39,591 nucleotides of DNA from Erysipelotrichaceae bacterium (GCA_012518455.1 JAAYSA010000030.1:1-39591); one strand, 5' to 3'; counted from the first letter of the stretch, positions 15,040 through 25,877 are shown. Numbers and translations are program-made. Notes: generated by a model not told the origin, from the sequence alone.

Positions 15040-15705
15040 ATGGGACAAAAAGTTAATCCAAACGGACTAAGATTCGGTATCTACCGTAATTGGGAAAGCC
15101 GCTGGTTTCCAAAAAATAAAGACTATGCACCTTTCCTTAAAGAAGATGGCAAAATCCGTAAATATTTAGAAAAAGCGCTCAAAAACGACATGCTTTCACG
15201 CGTTGAAATTGAACGCACTAACTCCTTCGAAGGCAAAATTAAAGTTGAAATCTTTATTCATACTGCTAAACCAGGCAGTGTAATTGGCCAAGAAGGTAAA
15301 GACATTAAAGCAATTACCCAACAAGTAACCCGCATTGTTAAAAGCGGCGAAGCACGTGTTAATGTTGTTGAAGTTAAACGTCCTGATTTTGATGCTACTC
15401 TCGTCGCACAAGACATCGCAACAATGCTTGAAAATAGAGCAAGTTTCCGATCAGTCCAAAAAAGAGTTATCCAAAGAGTTCGCCGAAGTGGTGCTCAAGG
15501 AATTAAAACTCTTGTCAGCGGACGTCTAAATGGCGCAGAAATTGCTCGTAGTGAAGGATATAAAGATGGCATTATCCCGCTACACACTTTAAAAGCTGAC
15601 ATTGACTATGCAAGTGTCAGCGCCCATACAACGTATGGACGCCTTGGCGTTAAAGTGTGGATTTGTCGCGGTGAATTCCAAAAAGAAGATAGGAAAGGAG
15701 AATAA
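15040..15705 (+). CDS. rpsC: 30S ribosomal protein S3
   Basis: [36 protein letters not shown]. Confidence 0.99.
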   Translation: MGQKVNPNGLRFGIYRNWESRWFPKNKDYAPFLKEDGKIRKYLEKALKNDMLSRVEIERTNSFEGKIKVEIFIHTAKPGSVIGQEGKDIKAITQQVTRIVKSGEARVNVVEVKRPDFDATLVAQDIATMLENRASFRSVQKRVIQRVRRSGAQGIKTLVSGRLNGAEIARSEGYKDGIIPLHTLKADIDYASVSAHTTYGRLGVKVWICRGEFQKEDRKGE

Positions 15706-15707
15706 CG

Positions 15708-16127
15708 ATGTTACAACCAGTACGTACAAAATATCGTCGACCCCATCGCTTAAGTCATGAAGGTACAGCTTTCCGTGGAAATAAAGTTTCCTTTGGAGAA
15801 TTTGGTCTTCAAGCAATGGAAGGCGCCTATATTACGAACAGGCAAATTGAAGCAGCTCGTATTGTCTTAGCTAGCTATACACGTAGAGTTGGTAAAATTT
15901 GGATTCGTATATTCCCACACCTTTCTAAAACCAAGAAACCATTAGAAGTTCGGATGGGTAGTGGTAAAGGGGCACCAGATAGCTGGGTCGCCGTTGTTAA
16001 AAAGAACCGCGTGATATTTGAAATCGCCGGTGTTAATGAAAGCGTTGCAAGAGAAGCACTTCGTCTTGCAGGCTATAAATTACCGATTAAAACTCGAGTA
16101 ATTAGTAAAAGTGATAAGGAGGAATAA
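15708..16127 (+). CDS. rplP: 50S ribosomal protein L16
   Basis: [22 protein letters not shown]. Confidence 0.99.
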   Translation: MLQPVRTKYRRPHRLSHEGTAFRGNKVSFGEFGLQAMEGAYITNRQIEAARIVLASYTRRVGKIWIRIFPHLSKTKKPLEVRMGSGKGAPDSWVAVVKKNRVIFEIAGVNESVAREALRLAGYKLPIKTRVISKSDKEE

Positions 16128-16130
16128 ACA

Positions 16131-16328
16131 ATGAAAATTAGTGAAATTCGCACATTAAGTAATACTGAACTTAATGAAAAAGTTTATAACCTCAAGGAAG
16201 AACTCTTCCATTTACGAAGAAAACAAGCCGTTGGACAACTTGAAAACGGCACCGACATTCGGCGCGTAAGAAAAGATATCGCTCGCGTATATACTGTTAT
16301 TCGCGAACGCGAACAAGGAATTAAATAA
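16131..16328 (+). CDS. rpmC: 50S ribosomal protein L29
   Basis: [19 protein letters not shown]. Confidence 0.98.
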   Translation: MKISEIRTLSNTELNEKVYNLKEELFHLRRKQAVGQLENGTDIRRVRKDIARVYTVIREREQGIK

Positions 16329-16339
16329 AGGAGACGATT

Positions 16340-16747
16340 ATGGAATTAGAAAGAAAACAAAGACAAGTCCTTGACGGCGTTGTCATCTCAGATAAAAACA
16401 ATAAAACAATTACTGTTTTAGTTGAAACTCATAAACGTCATAAATACGGTAAAAGAGTTAAATACCGTAAAAAATATTACGCGCATGATGAAAACAATGA
16501 AGCAAAAGAAGGCGATACAGTTCGCATTATGGCAACTCGTCCTCTTAGTGCTCTTAAGCGCTGGCGCTTAGTTAAAGTGCTCTCACTTGCTGAAGTTTCA
16601 ATTGAAGAATATCAAGAAGCTCTAGCACAAGAAGAAATTCTTGAAGAAATTGAAGAAGCAACCAAAGAAGTCCCAGCCGACAAACGGGAAGAAGTAGTAG
16701 TTGAAGAAACTAAAGAAGAACACGTAACGGAGGAACAAGATGCTTAG
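16340..16747 (+). CDS. rpsQ: 30S ribosomal protein S17 with about 50-aa acidic C-terminal tail
   Basis: GVVISDK, AHDENN, TRPLS..KRWRL. Confidence 0.98.
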   Translation: MELERKQRQVLDGVVISDKNNKTITVLVETHKRHKYGKRVKYRKKYYAHDENNEAKEGDTVRIMATRPLSALKRWRLVKVLSLAEVSIEEYQEALAQEEILEEIEEATKEVPADKREEVVVEETKEEHVTEEQDA

Positions 16748-17114
16748 TGTTGAAACAAAAGTAACGATTGCTGATAACTCCGGTGGCAAATACGGAAAAA
16801 TTATCCGTCTTTACGGTGGATCAGTAAGACGTAATAGCAACATTGGCGATATTGTTCTTCTATCAATCAAACAAGCATTGCCAAATAGCAAAGTCAAAAA
16901 AGGTGACATGGTAAAAGGCATCGTAGTAAGAACTAAAAAAGGTATCTTACGCAAAGATGGCTCCAAAATCTCCTTTGATGATAATGCAGTCGTTTTATTA
17001 AATAACGACGGCAATATGATAGGGACACGGGTCTTTGGCCCAGTCGCCCGTGAACTACGAGAAAAAGGCGAAGGTGCAATGAGAATAATCTCACTTGCTC
17101 CTGAAGTCTTATAG
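16740..17114 (+). CDS. rplN: 50S ribosomal protein L14
   Basis: [31 protein letters not shown]. Confidence 0.98.
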   Translation: MLSVETKVTIADNSGGKYGKIIRLYGGSVRRNSNIGDIVLLSIKQALPNSKVKKGDMVKGIVVRTKKGILRKDGSKISFDDNAVVLLNNDGNMIGTRVFGPVARELREKGEGAMRIISLAPEVL

Positions 17115-17125
17115 GAGGATTCGTT

Positions 17126-17434
17126 ATGTTAATTAAAAAAGGTGATAAAGTCGTTGTTATTACTGGTCGCGACAAAGGAAAAGAAGGAATTGTTCAAAAA
17201 GCATATCCTCGTCTTGAAAAAGTTGTCGTTGAAGGTATTAATATTCGTAAAAAACATCGCAAGCCAACACAACAAAATCCTGAAGGATCAATCGTAGAAA
17301 TGTATGCGCCAATTCATGTAAGTAATGTCGCACTCATTGATCCAAAAACAAAAAAACCAACTCGTGTTGGTATCAAAATAGTAAAAGGTAAAAAAGTTCG
17401 CGTTGCTAAAAAAAGCGGCGAAGTAATTAAATAG
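17126..17434 (+). CDS. rplX: 50S ribosomal protein L24
   Basis: KOW motif [25 protein letters not shown]. Confidence 0.99.
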   Translation: MLIKKGDKVVVITGRDKGKEGIVQKAYPRLEKVVVEGINIRKKHRKPTQQNPEGSIVEMYAPIHVSNVALIDPKTKKPTRVGIKIVKGKKVRVAKKSGEVIK

Positions 17435-17442
17435 GAGGCACT

Positions 17443-18309
17443 ATGGAAGAAAAAGACAAAAAAGTTGCAACCGATTCCAAGCGGGATGAACAAGGTCGTT
17501 TTGTAAAAACAGTGGCTCCAAAAAAAGAAACTGCTAAAAACGAACCAAAAACCAAAGAACCTGCAAAAAAAGCAGAAACCACTACAAAAGCGGCTCCAAA
17601 AAAGAAAACCGCTAAAAAAGAAGAGGTTAAAAAAGAAGTAAAAACTTCTAAAGAACCAGCTAAAAAGCAAGAAGAAAAAGTAGTAAAAGAAGCTCCTGTT
17701 AAAGAAGTTGAAACTACTCCTAAAAAAGAAGTTAAAAAAGCTTCTGATGGACATAAAGAACCAAAAGTTCTTAACCGCGTTGAAAAACGTTATAAAGAAG
17801 AAATTGTACCTGAGTTAATTAAACAATTTAATTACACCTCAGTTATGCAAGTTCCTAAACTTCATAAAATTGTTCTCAATATGGGTGTAGGAGATGCGCT
17901 TCAAAACGCTAAAAACCTAGATGACGCTGTTAAAGAGCTTGCGCTAATCGCTGGCCAACAACCAGTCGTCACTAAAGCAAAAAAGAGTATTGCTAACTAT
18001 AAATTACGTGCCGGTCAAAAGATTGGCTGTAAAGTTACTCTCCGTGGACTTAAGATGTATGACTTCTTCGATAAGTTAATTACTATCGCACTCCCACGTG
18101 TACGTGATTTCCGTGGAGTTAGTAAAAACTCATTTGACGGCAAAGGAAACTATTCCTTAGGCGTCAAAGAACAATTAATCTTCCCAGAAATTGACTTTGA
18201 TTCAATTGGTAAGATTCGCGGAATGGACATCGTAATTGTTACAACCGCACATACAGATGAGGAAGCATTCGCCCTTCTAAAGGCACTTGGAATGCCCTTT
18301 AAACGCTAA
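17443..18309 (+). CDS. rplE: 50S ribosomal protein L5 with 109-aa low-complexity N-terminal extension
   Basis: Core [29 protein letters not shown]; SD AGGAGG before ATG 17443. Confidence 0.97.
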   Translation: MEEKDKKVATDSKRDEQGRFVKTVAPKKETAKNEPKTKEPAKKAETTTKAAPKKKTAKKEEVKKEVKTSKEPAKKQEEKVVKEAPVKEVETTPKKEVKKASDGHKEPKVLNRVEKRYKEEIVPELIKQFNYTSVMQVPKLHKIVLNMGVGDALQNAKNLDDAVKELALIAGQQPVVTKAKKSIANYKLRAGQKIGCKVTLRGLKMYDFFDKLITIALPRVRDFRGVSKNSFDGKGNYSLGVKEQLIFPEIDFDSIGKIRGMDIVIVTTAHTDEEAFALLKALGMPFKR

Positions 18310-18321
18310 GGAGGTAAACAA

Positions 18322-18507
18322 ATGGCAAAAACGAGTAAACGGGTTTCACAAAGACGCCCTAAAAAATTCAAAGTAAGAGAATATTCTCGCTGTGCACGTT
18401 GTGGACGTCCTCATAGCGTGTATAAAAAATTTGGAGTCTGCCGGATTTGTCTACGCGAACTCGCGTATGAAGGTAAAATCCCTGGCATGAAAAAATCAAG
18501 TTGGTAG
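18322..18507 (+). CDS. rpsZ: 30S ribosomal protein S14, zinc-binding (type Z)
   Basis: 61 aa, RCARCGR..CRIC, KKSSW. Confidence 0.98.
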   Translation: MAKTSKRVSQRRPKKFKVREYSRCARCGRPHSVYKKFGVCRICLRELAYEGKIPGMKKSSW

Positions 18508-18520
18508 GAGGTAAAGCAAC

Positions 18521-18916
18521 ATGAGTATGACTGATCCAATTGCAGATATGCTAACAAGAATTCGCAATGCAAATGCGATGCGTTACGATACGGTTGCGAT
18601 GCCGAGTAACCGCATGAAAACCCAAATCGCAAAGATTCTTAAAGAAGAAGGATTCATTATTGACTACGCCGTAAGTGGTGATGTTAAGAAAACTTTAACA
18701 ATTAATTTAAAATATGGCGATAAAGGTGAACGCGTAATTTCTGGTCTTAAGAAAATTTCTAAACCAGGACTTCGTGTCAACACTTCCCACAAATCACTTC
18801 CCCGTGTGCTTCGTGGATTAGGTATCGCTATTATTTCCACCTCACAAGGTGTAATGACTGATAAGAAAGCCCGAGCCTTAGGCATCGGAGGCGAAGTAAT
18901 CGCCTACGTTTGGTAA
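18521..18916 (+). CDS. rpsH: 30S ribosomal protein S8
   Basis: [28 protein letters not shown]. Confidence 0.99.
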   Translation: MSMTDPIADMLTRIRNANAMRYDTVAMPSNRMKTQIAKILKEEGFIIDYAVSGDVKKTLTINLKYGDKGERVISGLKKISKPGLRVNTSHKSLPRVLRGLGIAIISTSQGVMTDKKARALGIGGEVIAYVW

Positions 18917-18921
18917 GTCCT

Positions 18922-19470
18922 ATGAGTAGAGTTGGATTAAAAGTTATTAATATTCCAAGTGGTGTTACACTAAAAGTAGAAAACTCCACAATGACAATTA
19001 CGGGGCCAAAAGGTACGTTAAATGTGCATATTCCAGACGTAATTTCGCTTGATTCAAGCGTTGAAGGAAAACTAAGCCTTAAACGTGCTAACGATGAAAA
19101 GCAAAGCAAACAACTTCATGGAACAACTAGATCACTTATTAACGATGCAATCATCGGTGTAAGTGAGGGATTTACCAAAACGCTTGAAATTGTTGGTATT
19201 GGATACCGTGCAACTCAAAATGGTGCAAATGTTGTTTTAGAAGTTGGTTATTCACACAAAATCGAAATCGCACCAAGTCCAGGTTCAAAAATTAATGTTG
19301 TTAACCCGACTAAAATTGAAGTAGTTGGTTTTGACAAACAAGCAGTTGGTCAAACAGCAGCAAATATTCGTGCTGTCCGTAAACCTGAACCCTATCTTGG
19401 TAAAGGTATCAAATATAGTGACGAACGCATCATCCGTAAAGAGGGTAAACGTGCGGGTGTCGGAAAGTAA
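18922..19470 (+). CDS. rplF: 50S ribosomal protein L6 (start reassigned to ATG 18922)
   Basis: MSRVG, GPKGTL, RKPEPYLGKGIKY. Confidence 0.98.
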   Translation: MSRVGLKVINIPSGVTLKVENSTMTITGPKGTLNVHIPDVISLDSSVEGKLSLKRANDEKQSKQLHGTTRSLINDAIIGVSEGFTKTLEIVGIGYRATQNGANVVLEVGYSHKIEIAPSPGSKINVVNPTKIEVVGFDKQAVGQTAANIRAVRKPEPYLGKGIKYSDERIIRKEGKRAGVGK

Positions 19471-19484
19471 GAGGACAATAAATT

Positions 19485-19841
19485 ATGATTAAACAAAATA
19501 AACGTGATGTAGTTCGTAAACGTCGACACCTTCGTGTTCGTTCAAAAATTAGCGGAACGCCTGAAAGGCCACGCCTTGCAATTTTCCGTTCAAATAAGCA
19601 TATTAGCTGTCAAATCATTGATGATGTTGTAGGTCATACCCTTGTTTCAACCGGTAGTCTTAACCTTGGTTTAGAACATGGTGGTAACATTGAAGCCGCA
19701 AAAGTCGTCGGTGAACAAATTGCTAAACTAGCACTTAGTAAAGGTATTAAAAATGTTGTTTTTGATCGCGGTGGTTTCTTATACCATGGTCGCGTCAAGG
19801 CACTTGCAGAAGCCGCTCGCGAAGCCGGCTTGGAATTTTAG
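19485..19841 (+). CDS. rplR: 50S ribosomal protein L18
   Basis: [27 protein letters not shown]. Confidence 0.99.
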   Translation: MIKQNKRDVVRKRRHLRVRSKISGTPERPRLAIFRSNKHISCQIIDDVVGHTLVSTGSLNLGLEHGGNIEAAKVVGEQIAKLALSKGIKNVVFDRGGFLYHGRVKALAEAAREAGLEF

Positions 19842-19850
19842 GAGGAATGT

Positions 19851-20510
19851 ATGGATAAGAAACTTAATGATCAAACCGTAGAAGAAATCGTTGAAGAAGA
19901 AACTGAAACAGAAGAAACTACTGTTACTGAAAAAGAAGAACGTCCTCGTCGCACTAGACAAGATGGTGCCACTCGTTCCCCAAGAGGTGGACGTCGTCCA
20001 ACAAGAGGACGTCGCACTGCTCCTAAAGCAAAAGAATACGAAGAACGCGTTGTTTATATTAACCGTGTTTCAAAAACTACTAAAGGTGGTCGTAGACTTC
20101 GCTTCTCAGCCGTTACTGTCGTTGGCGATGGTAAAGGAAAATATGGCTTTGCTAGTGCTAAAGCCGCTGAAGTACCAGATGCAATCAAAAAGTCTTTAGA
20201 CAAAGCTAAAAAAGATACTCGTATGGTCAATATCGTTGGTGATGATACGATTGCTCACGAAATCTATGGTCGCTTTGGTGCTTGTAAAGTATTCTTAAAA
20301 CCAGCTCCTGCTGGTACAGGAATTATTGCCGGCGGTCCTGTCCGTGCAATTCTTGAACTCGCTGGAATTAAAAACGTATATTCAAAAGTTTATGGCAGTA
20401 GAACTGCTCTAAACGTCCTACGAGCAACCGATAATGGGCTACAAGGACTAAAGAGCCGTGAAGAAGTTATTCGCCTAAGAAAAACTGTAGATACGAAGGA
20501 GGAAAAATAA
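19851..20510 (+). CDS. rpsE: 30S ribosomal protein S5 with about 50-aa N-terminal extension
   Basis: [33 protein letters not shown]. Confidence 0.98.
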   Translation: MDKKLNDQTVEEIVEEETETEETTVTEKEERPRRTRQDGATRSPRGGRRPTRGRRTAPKAKEYEERVVYINRVSKTTKGGRRLRFSAVTVVGDGKGKYGFASAKAAEVPDAIKKSLDKAKKDTRMVNIVGDDTIAHEIYGRFGACKVFLKPAPAGTGIIAGGPVRAILELAGIKNVYSKVYGSRTALNVLRATDNGLQGLKSREEVIRLRKTVDTKEEK

Positions 20511-20950
20511 TGAAATTACATGAATTAAAATACTCCGAAGGTGCAAGAACAAAGAAAAAACGCGTTGGTCGCGGTATGAGTTCTGGTTTTGGAAAAACTA
20601 GTTGCCGAGGTCAAAAAGGTCAAAAGTCACGTTCAAGTGGCGGTGTCCGTCTTGGATTTGAAGGCGGTCAAATGCCCTTATATCGTAGAATTCCAAAAAG
20701 AGGCTTTAAAAACGTTAATCGTGCTCAATTTGCAGTAGTAAATGTCGAAGATCTTAACGTTTTTAGTGAAGGAACTGTTGTTACTCCAACCTTACTTGTT
20801 GAAAAAGGTTTAGTAAAAAAGGAATTTAACGGTGTAAAAATCCTAGGAAATGGTAAACTTAACATTAAGTTAACTGTTCAAGCTCATCGCTTCAGTAAAG
20901 CTGCAAAGCAAGCGATTGAAGAAGTGGGTGGAAAAGCCGAGGTCATCTAA
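20510..20950 (+). CDS. rplO: 50S ribosomal protein L15
   Basis: [31 protein letters not shown]. Confidence 0.99.
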   Translation: MKLHELKYSEGARTKKKRVGRGMSSGFGKTSCRGQKGQKSRSSGGVRLGFEGGQMPLYRRIPKRGFKNVNRAQFAVVNVEDLNVFSEGTVVTPTLLVEKGLVKKEFNGVKILGNGKLNIKLTVQAHRFSKAAKQAIEEVGGKAEVI

Positions 20951-22293
20951 TGAAAAAAATCGCAGGCATCTTTAAAAACAGAGAAATCGTTGATCGTATA
21001 TTCTTTACGATTATGATTTTATTCATCTTTCGTCTTGGGGCTGCGATTAAAGTGCCCGGTGTTACCGTTCAAGATCTATCATTTCAAACTAACGACGCCT
21101 TTGGGTTAATGAACCTTTTAGGTGGCGGTACCCTACAGAGCTTTTCTGTCTTTGCTTTAGGGGTTTCACCTTACATTACGGCATCAATTATTGTTCAACT
21201 TCTTTCAATGGATGTTCTTCCAGCATTTAGCGAACTAAGTAAACAAGGACAATATGGCCGTAAGAAGATGGAAATGGCTACTCGATATTTAACTCTTATG
21301 CTTGGCGCAGTTCAAGCGTACGGAGTTATTAAAACAATGGAAAATCAAGCCTTTATTACGCTTAAAGACACCTCATTTTTGACATATGCATATATTATTA
21401 CGGTCCTTCTTGCAGGTAGCATGCTAACGATGTGGCTTGGTGACCAAATCTCTCAAAAAGGAATTGGTAACGGTATCTCAATGATTATTTTTGCTGGTAT
21501 CGTTTCTAGTTTACCCCTTCAAATTACGCGTGCCTATCAAACTTGGCTCGCAGATAAAGTTGGACAAGGAAGTAGTCAAATCCTTATTGGAGTTCTCCAA
21601 TTTGGGGTGTATTTACTTAGCTTTATTCTAATTATTGGCTTTATTACCTTTATTGAATCTAGTAAACGAAAGATTCCAGTTCAACATGCTGGTAAGGGCG
21701 GACAAACTCGTAAGATGGCTCAAGCTAGTTTCTTACCAATTAAGATTAACTCAGCGGGAGTTATTCCTGTCATCTTTGCTTCTTCAATTATGATGGCTCC
21801 TTCAATTATTGCCTCATTTATTACTGGAGCAAATCTAGATGCTGAATGGCTAAACATCTTCAATAGTAGTGCTCTTACTAAAATGCCTGGTATTAATGGA
21901 ACAGAATGGTCAATGCCTTGGGGTTTAATGATCTATATTGGTCTAACAGTTATGTTTTGTTTCTTTTATGCCAAACTTCAAATTAACCCAGAACAACTTG
22001 CAGAAAACTTCCAAAAAAATGGTAGTTATATTCCCGGTGTTCGACCAGGAAATGAAACTGCTCGCTATGTAAGTAAAGTACTTAACCGTATTACCGTTAT
22101 CGGGGCATCTGCTCTTGCCTTTATTGCAGCACTCCCTCTAGTACTCGTCTTACTTAAAGTTGTTCCTGACCAATCACTAGCACTTGGTGGAACAGGCTTA
22201 ATCATTGTTGTTGGTGTAGCAATTGAACTTAATACCCAAATTGATGGACTTCTAGCAGGAAAAAGCTTCGAAGAAGTTCAAAGAGGAGAATAA
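20950..22293 (+). CDS. secY: Preprotein translocase subunit SecY
   Basis: ALGVSPYITASIIVQLL, GIGNGIS, AGVIPVIFA, IPGVRPG. Confidence 0.99.
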   Translation: MKKIAGIFKNREIVDRIFFTIMILFIFRLGAAIKVPGVTVQDLSFQTNDAFGLMNLLGGGTLQSFSVFALGVSPYITASIIVQLLSMDVLPAFSELSKQGQYGRKKMEMATRYLTLMLGAVQAYGVIKTMENQAFITLKDTSFLTYAYIITVLLAGSMLTMWLGDQISQKGIGNGISMIIFAGIVSSLPLQITRAYQTWLADKVGQGSSQILIGVLQFGVYLLSFILIIGFITFIESSKRKIPVQHAGKGGQTRKMAQASFLPIKINSAGVIPVIFASSIMMAPSIIASFITGANLDAEWLNIFNSSALTKMPGINGTEWSMPWGLMIYIGLTVMFCFFYAKLQINPEQLAENFQKNGSYIPGVRPGNETARYVSKVLNRITVIGASALAFIAALPLVLVLLKVVPDQSLALGGTGLIIVVGVAIELNTQIDGLLAGKSFEEVQRGE

Positions 22294-22298
22294 TAGTA

Positions 22299-22952
22299 AT
22301 GGTAAATATCATTCTATTAGGCCCTCCTGGTGCAGGTAAAGGCACCCAGGCTAAAAGAATATCTTCGCTTTATAATATCCCCCATATTTCTACTGGTGAT
22401 ATGTTTCGCGAAGCAATAAAGAAAGGGACAGAACTTGGCAAAACTGCTGCTAAATTCATAAATGAAGGTCATTTAGTCCCCGATGAACTTACAATTGCAA
22501 TCGTTAAAGAACGTTTAAATAAAGATGATTGTAAAAACGGCTATCTTCTTGATGGCTTCCCCCGCACGCTTCCGCAAGCAGAAGCGCTTGACGCTCTTAC
22601 GCTTGAGCTTGCTCGTCCGCTTACGCACGTGATTAATATCACATGTGGCACGCAGGAGCTCGTACGCAGGATCACAGGCAGGCGCGTATGTAGAAAATGC
22701 GGAGCCCCCTATCACATTGACACACTAAAACCAAAAGTTACTGGTATTTGTGATTTATGTGGCGGGGAACTATATCAACGCGCTGATGATACAAAAGAAG
22801 CGCTTTTAGTCCGGCTTGATCACTACTATAAAGAAACTAAGCCGCTAGAAGATTACTACAAAGCTAAAAAACTTCTTGTTGAAGTTGATGGCGAACTAGG
22901 CCTAGAAGGAACACTTAAGGCAATTAAAAAAGTTTTAGGAGCTACTAAATAA
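22299..22952 (+). CDS. adk: Adenylate kinase with zinc lid
   Basis: GPPGAGKGT, HISTGDMFR, LDGFPRT, CRKC..CDLC. Confidence 0.99.
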   Translation: MVNIILLGPPGAGKGTQAKRISSLYNIPHISTGDMFREAIKKGTELGKTAAKFINEGHLVPDELTIAIVKERLNKDDCKNGYLLDGFPRTLPQAEALDALTLELARPLTHVINITCGTQELVRRITGRRVCRKCGAPYHIDTLKPKVTGICDLCGGELYQRADDTKEALLVRLDHYYKETKPLEDYYKAKKLLVEVDGELGLEGTLKAIKKVLGATK

Positions 22953-23725
22953 TGATTGTTCTTCGAAGTCCGCGCGAAATTGCGCTACTAAAAGAAGCTG
23001 GTCATATAGTTGCAACCGTATTTAAAAAACTTGAAACTGAACTTAAACCTGGGATGTCAACGCTAGATGTTGATCGCATCGCTCTTGATGTTATTAAAAA
23101 AGCAGGCGGCATCCCCACCTTTAAAGGCTATGGAGGCTTTAAAGGAAATGTATGTGTTTCAGTTAACGATACATTAATCCACGGCATCCCTAGTTCAAAA
23201 GAAATTATTAAAGACGGCGACATTGTTAGTGTCGACGTCGGCGTAACTTATAAAGGTTATGTCGCCGATGCTTGTCGTACATTTCTTGTAGGAAATGTTA
23301 CAGACGAAGCACGTCGTCTTGTAAAGACGACCGAAGATAGTTTCTGGTATGCAGTTAATAACTATGCAAAACCAGGCTCTACAATAGGTGATATTAGTAA
23401 CGCCATTCAAACATTTTGCGAAAAAGAGGGTTACACTCTTACTTCGCACTATACCGGTCATGGAGTCGGTACTAAACTTCATGAAGATCCTATTATTCCT
23501 AATGTTGGAATAAAAGGTAAAGGTCCCACTTTACGAAAAGGGATGTGCTTAGCCATCGAACCGATGGTTAACGCCGGGGCAGTCGATCTTATTGTGCTTA
23601 AAGATGGCTGGACCGTAAAAACAAAAGATGGCGCTCTTGCAAGCCATTATGAAAATTCGCTTGTCATTACCGATGATGGTTATGAAATACTGACAAAATT
23701 AAAAGGAGAACTTAATGGCCAGTAA
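22952..23725 (+). CDS. map: Type I methionine aminopeptidase
   Basis: SVND..IHGIP, DVG..D, GHGVG..HEDP, IEPM, HYENS. Confidence 0.98.
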   Translation: MIVLRSPREIALLKEAGHIVATVFKKLETELKPGMSTLDVDRIALDVIKKAGGIPTFKGYGGFKGNVCVSVNDTLIHGIPSSKEIIKDGDIVSVDVGVTYKGYVADACRTFLVGNVTDEARRLVKTTEDSFWYAVNNYAKPGSTIGDISNAIQTFCEKEGYTLTSHYTGHGVGTKLHEDPIIPNVGIKGKGPTLRKGMCLAIEPMVNAGAVDLIVLKDGWTVKTKDGALASHYENSLVITDDGYEILTKLKGELNGQ

Positions 23726-23942
23726 AAAAGATGTCATCAGAGTCGAGGCGAGAGTACTAGAGTGTCTACCAAACGTTGAGTTTAAAGTAGAACTTATTGA
23801 AAACGGACTAATCATGCATGCCCACGTTTCTGGTAAAATCCGGATGCACAATATCCGCATTCTACCAGGTGATCGCGTTAGTCTAGAAATCTCACCTTAT
23901 GATTTAACACGTGGACGCATTACATATCGGTTTAAAGATTAA
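23715..23942 (+). CDS. infA: Translation initiation factor IF-1
   Basis: [28 protein letters not shown]. Confidence 0.99.
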   Translation: MASKKDVIRVEARVLECLPNVEFKVELIENGLIMHAHVSGKIRMHNIRILPGDRVSLEISPYDLTRGRITYRFKD

Positions 23943-23959
23943 ACCAGAGGAGGAAAATT

Positions 23960-24073
23960 ATGAAAGTAAGAGCCTCAGTAAAACCCATTTGCCCAAAGTG
24001 TAAGGTAATTCGTCGCAAAGGCCGCGTTATGGTCATCTGCGAAAACCCAAAACATAAGCAAAGACAGGGTTAA
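23960..24073 (+). CDS. rpmJ: 50S ribosomal protein L36 (not in ORF track)
   Basis: Manual translation [37 protein letters not shown]; SD GGAGG. Confidence 0.98.
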   Translation: MKVRASVKPICPKCKVIRRKGRVMVICENPKHKQRQG

Positions 24074-24092
24074 GAAAGTAGAGGAGTAAATT

Positions 24093-24470
24093 ATGGCACG
24101 TATTGTTGGTGTTGATATTCCAAACGATAAGCAAGTTGGTACTTCCCTTACCTATATTTATGGGATTGGAAGAGCAACAGCTTTAAAAGTTTGTGAACGC
24201 GCGAAAGTTGATAGCACGATTCGCGTTAAAGATTTAAGTGATGAACAATTAAACGCTGTTCGTAGTGAAGTTAGTAAACTTCGTGTTGAAGGTGATCTTC
24301 GACGTGCAGTTACAATGGATATTAAACGATTAAGCGAAATTGGTTCATATCGTGGGATTCGTCATCGTAGAGGATTACCTGTAAGAGGACAAAGAACCCG
24401 CACAAATGCAAGGACTAGAAAAGGTCCAAAAAGAACTATTGCAAATAAAAAGCAAGTTTCGAAAGGTTAG
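24093..24470 (+). CDS. rpsM: 30S ribosomal protein S13
   Basis: [34 protein letters not shown]. Confidence 0.99.
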   Translation: MARIVGVDIPNDKQVGTSLTYIYGIGRATALKVCERAKVDSTIRVKDLSDEQLNAVRSEVSKLRVEGDLRRAVTMDIKRLSEIGSYRGIRHRRGLPVRGQRTRTNARTRKGPKRTIANKKQVSKG

Positions 24471-24480
24471 GTGAATACTT

Positions 24481-24876
24481 ATGGCTAAGAAAAAGACTAG
24501 AGTCGTACGTAAAAAAAGAATTCGTCGTACGTTTACTAAAGGTATTGCACATATTCACTCTACCTTTAATAACACAATCGTAACAATTACCGATGAAGCC
24601 GGGAACGCAATTAGCTGGTCAAGTGCCGGTGCGATGGGCTTTAAAGGTAGTAAAAAATCAACGCCTTGGGCAGCCCAACTTGCCGGGGAAGCAGCTGCAA
24701 AAGTAGCAGTTGAACAAGGCTTAACTTCAGTTGATGTAAATGTTAAAGGTCCTGGACCAGGAAGAGATTCAGCAATTCGTTCACTAGCAAGCGCTGGACT
24801 TACGATTACATCAATTCAAGATACTACACCAATTCCCCATAATGGATGTCGGCCACCCAAACGGCCACGAGGATAA
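24481..24876 (+). CDS. rpsK: 30S ribosomal protein S11
   Basis: [27 protein letters not shown]. Confidence 0.99.
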   Translation: MAKKKTRVVRKKRIRRTFTKGIAHIHSTFNNTIVTITDEAGNAISWSSAGAMGFKGSKKSTPWAAQLAGEAAAKVAVEQGLTSVDVNVKGPGPGRDSAIRSLASAGLTITSIQDTTPIPHNGCRPPKRPRG

Positions 24877-24887
24877 GGAGGACCGTA

Positions 24888-25868
24888 ATGCACAAAGATA
24901 TTGCTAATCCATTTGAAATACCACAATTTAAGATTAACCAACTCGAGGAAGATAATAATCATGCTCGATTTACAGTTGAACCACTTGAAAGAGGCTTCGG
25001 ACAAACGTTAGGTAATTCCTTACGTCGGATTCTATTATCTTCTCTTCCAGGTGCAAGTATGTTTGCTATTAAGGTTGAGGGTGCTCTTCATGAATTTAGT
25101 GCTCTTGATGGCGTAACTGAAGATGTTACCAATATCATCCTTAATTTAAAAAACTTAATCATGGTCATCTCTGATCCAACTGAAACAGTTAAACGGATTG
25201 AACTAGATTTTGTTGGTCCAGGTGTAGTAACCGCAGCTCATCTAGATACTCCAGTTGATGTTGAAATTATTAATAAAGACCTCATCATTGCTAATGTTGC
25301 AGATGGCGGGCACTTACGCCTTACAATTTTTGCTCGTAATGGCCGCGGCTATATTACGGGAGAAGAAAATAAGGTAAATCGTAAAATCTTAGGTTCATAT
25401 GCTGGAATTATTGCAACTGATAGTAACTATTCACCAATTACAAAAGTTAACTATACAGTTGAAAATACTCGGGTTAAATATGATGAACGCTATGACAGAC
25501 TCATCTTTGAAGTTTGGACTGATGGAAGCATGAAGGCTCTTGATGCCGTTGCTCTTGGTGCAAAAATCATGATTGAACATTTAAAACCATTTATGCATTT
25601 AGATGAAAATGTCCAAGAACTCATGATTATGAAAGAAGAAGTTGAAGAAGAGGAAGATCAATTCAAAGATCGTACAATTGAAGATCTTGATATTAGTGTC
25701 CGTAGCTTTAACTGTTTAAAACGTGCTGGCATTAATAAGGTCAGCGAACTAATCGCTAGAAGCGAAGAAGAAATTCTTAAGGTTAAAAACCTTGGTAAGA
25801 AATCCTTTAAAGAAATTAAAGATAAACTAACCGAACTTGGTTTGTCCTTCCGTGGGACAATAGAATAG
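24888..25868 (+). CDS. rpoA: RNA polymerase alpha subunit (start reassigned to ATG 24888 after SD AGGAGG)
   Basis: EPLERGFGQTLGNSLRRILLSS, SVRSFNCLKRAG, NLGKKS. Confidence 0.98.
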   Translation: MHKDIANPFEIPQFKINQLEEDNNHARFTVEPLERGFGQTLGNSLRRILLSSLPGASMFAIKVEGALHEFSALDGVTEDVTNIILNLKNLIMVISDPTETVKRIELDFVGPGVVTAAHLDTPVDVEIINKDLIIANVADGGHLRLTIFARNGRGYITGEENKVNRKILGSYAGIIATDSNYSPITKVNYTVENTRVKYDERYDRLIFEVWTDGSMKALDAVALGAKIMIEHLKPFMHLDENVQELMIMKEEVEEEEDQFKDRTIEDLDISVRSFNCLKRAGINKVSELIARSEEEILKVKNLGKKSFKEIKDKLTELGLSFRGTIE

Positions 25869-25877
25869 AGGTGTCTA

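Noticed and set aside
17314-17754. 146-aa Phe-rich antisense ORF
   Set aside because: Mirror of the AAA/GAA-rich L5 extension
22515-22715. 66-aa antisense ORF overlapping the GC-rich adk patch
   Set aside because: No SD and no recognisable motif; high GC alone lowers stop-codon frequency
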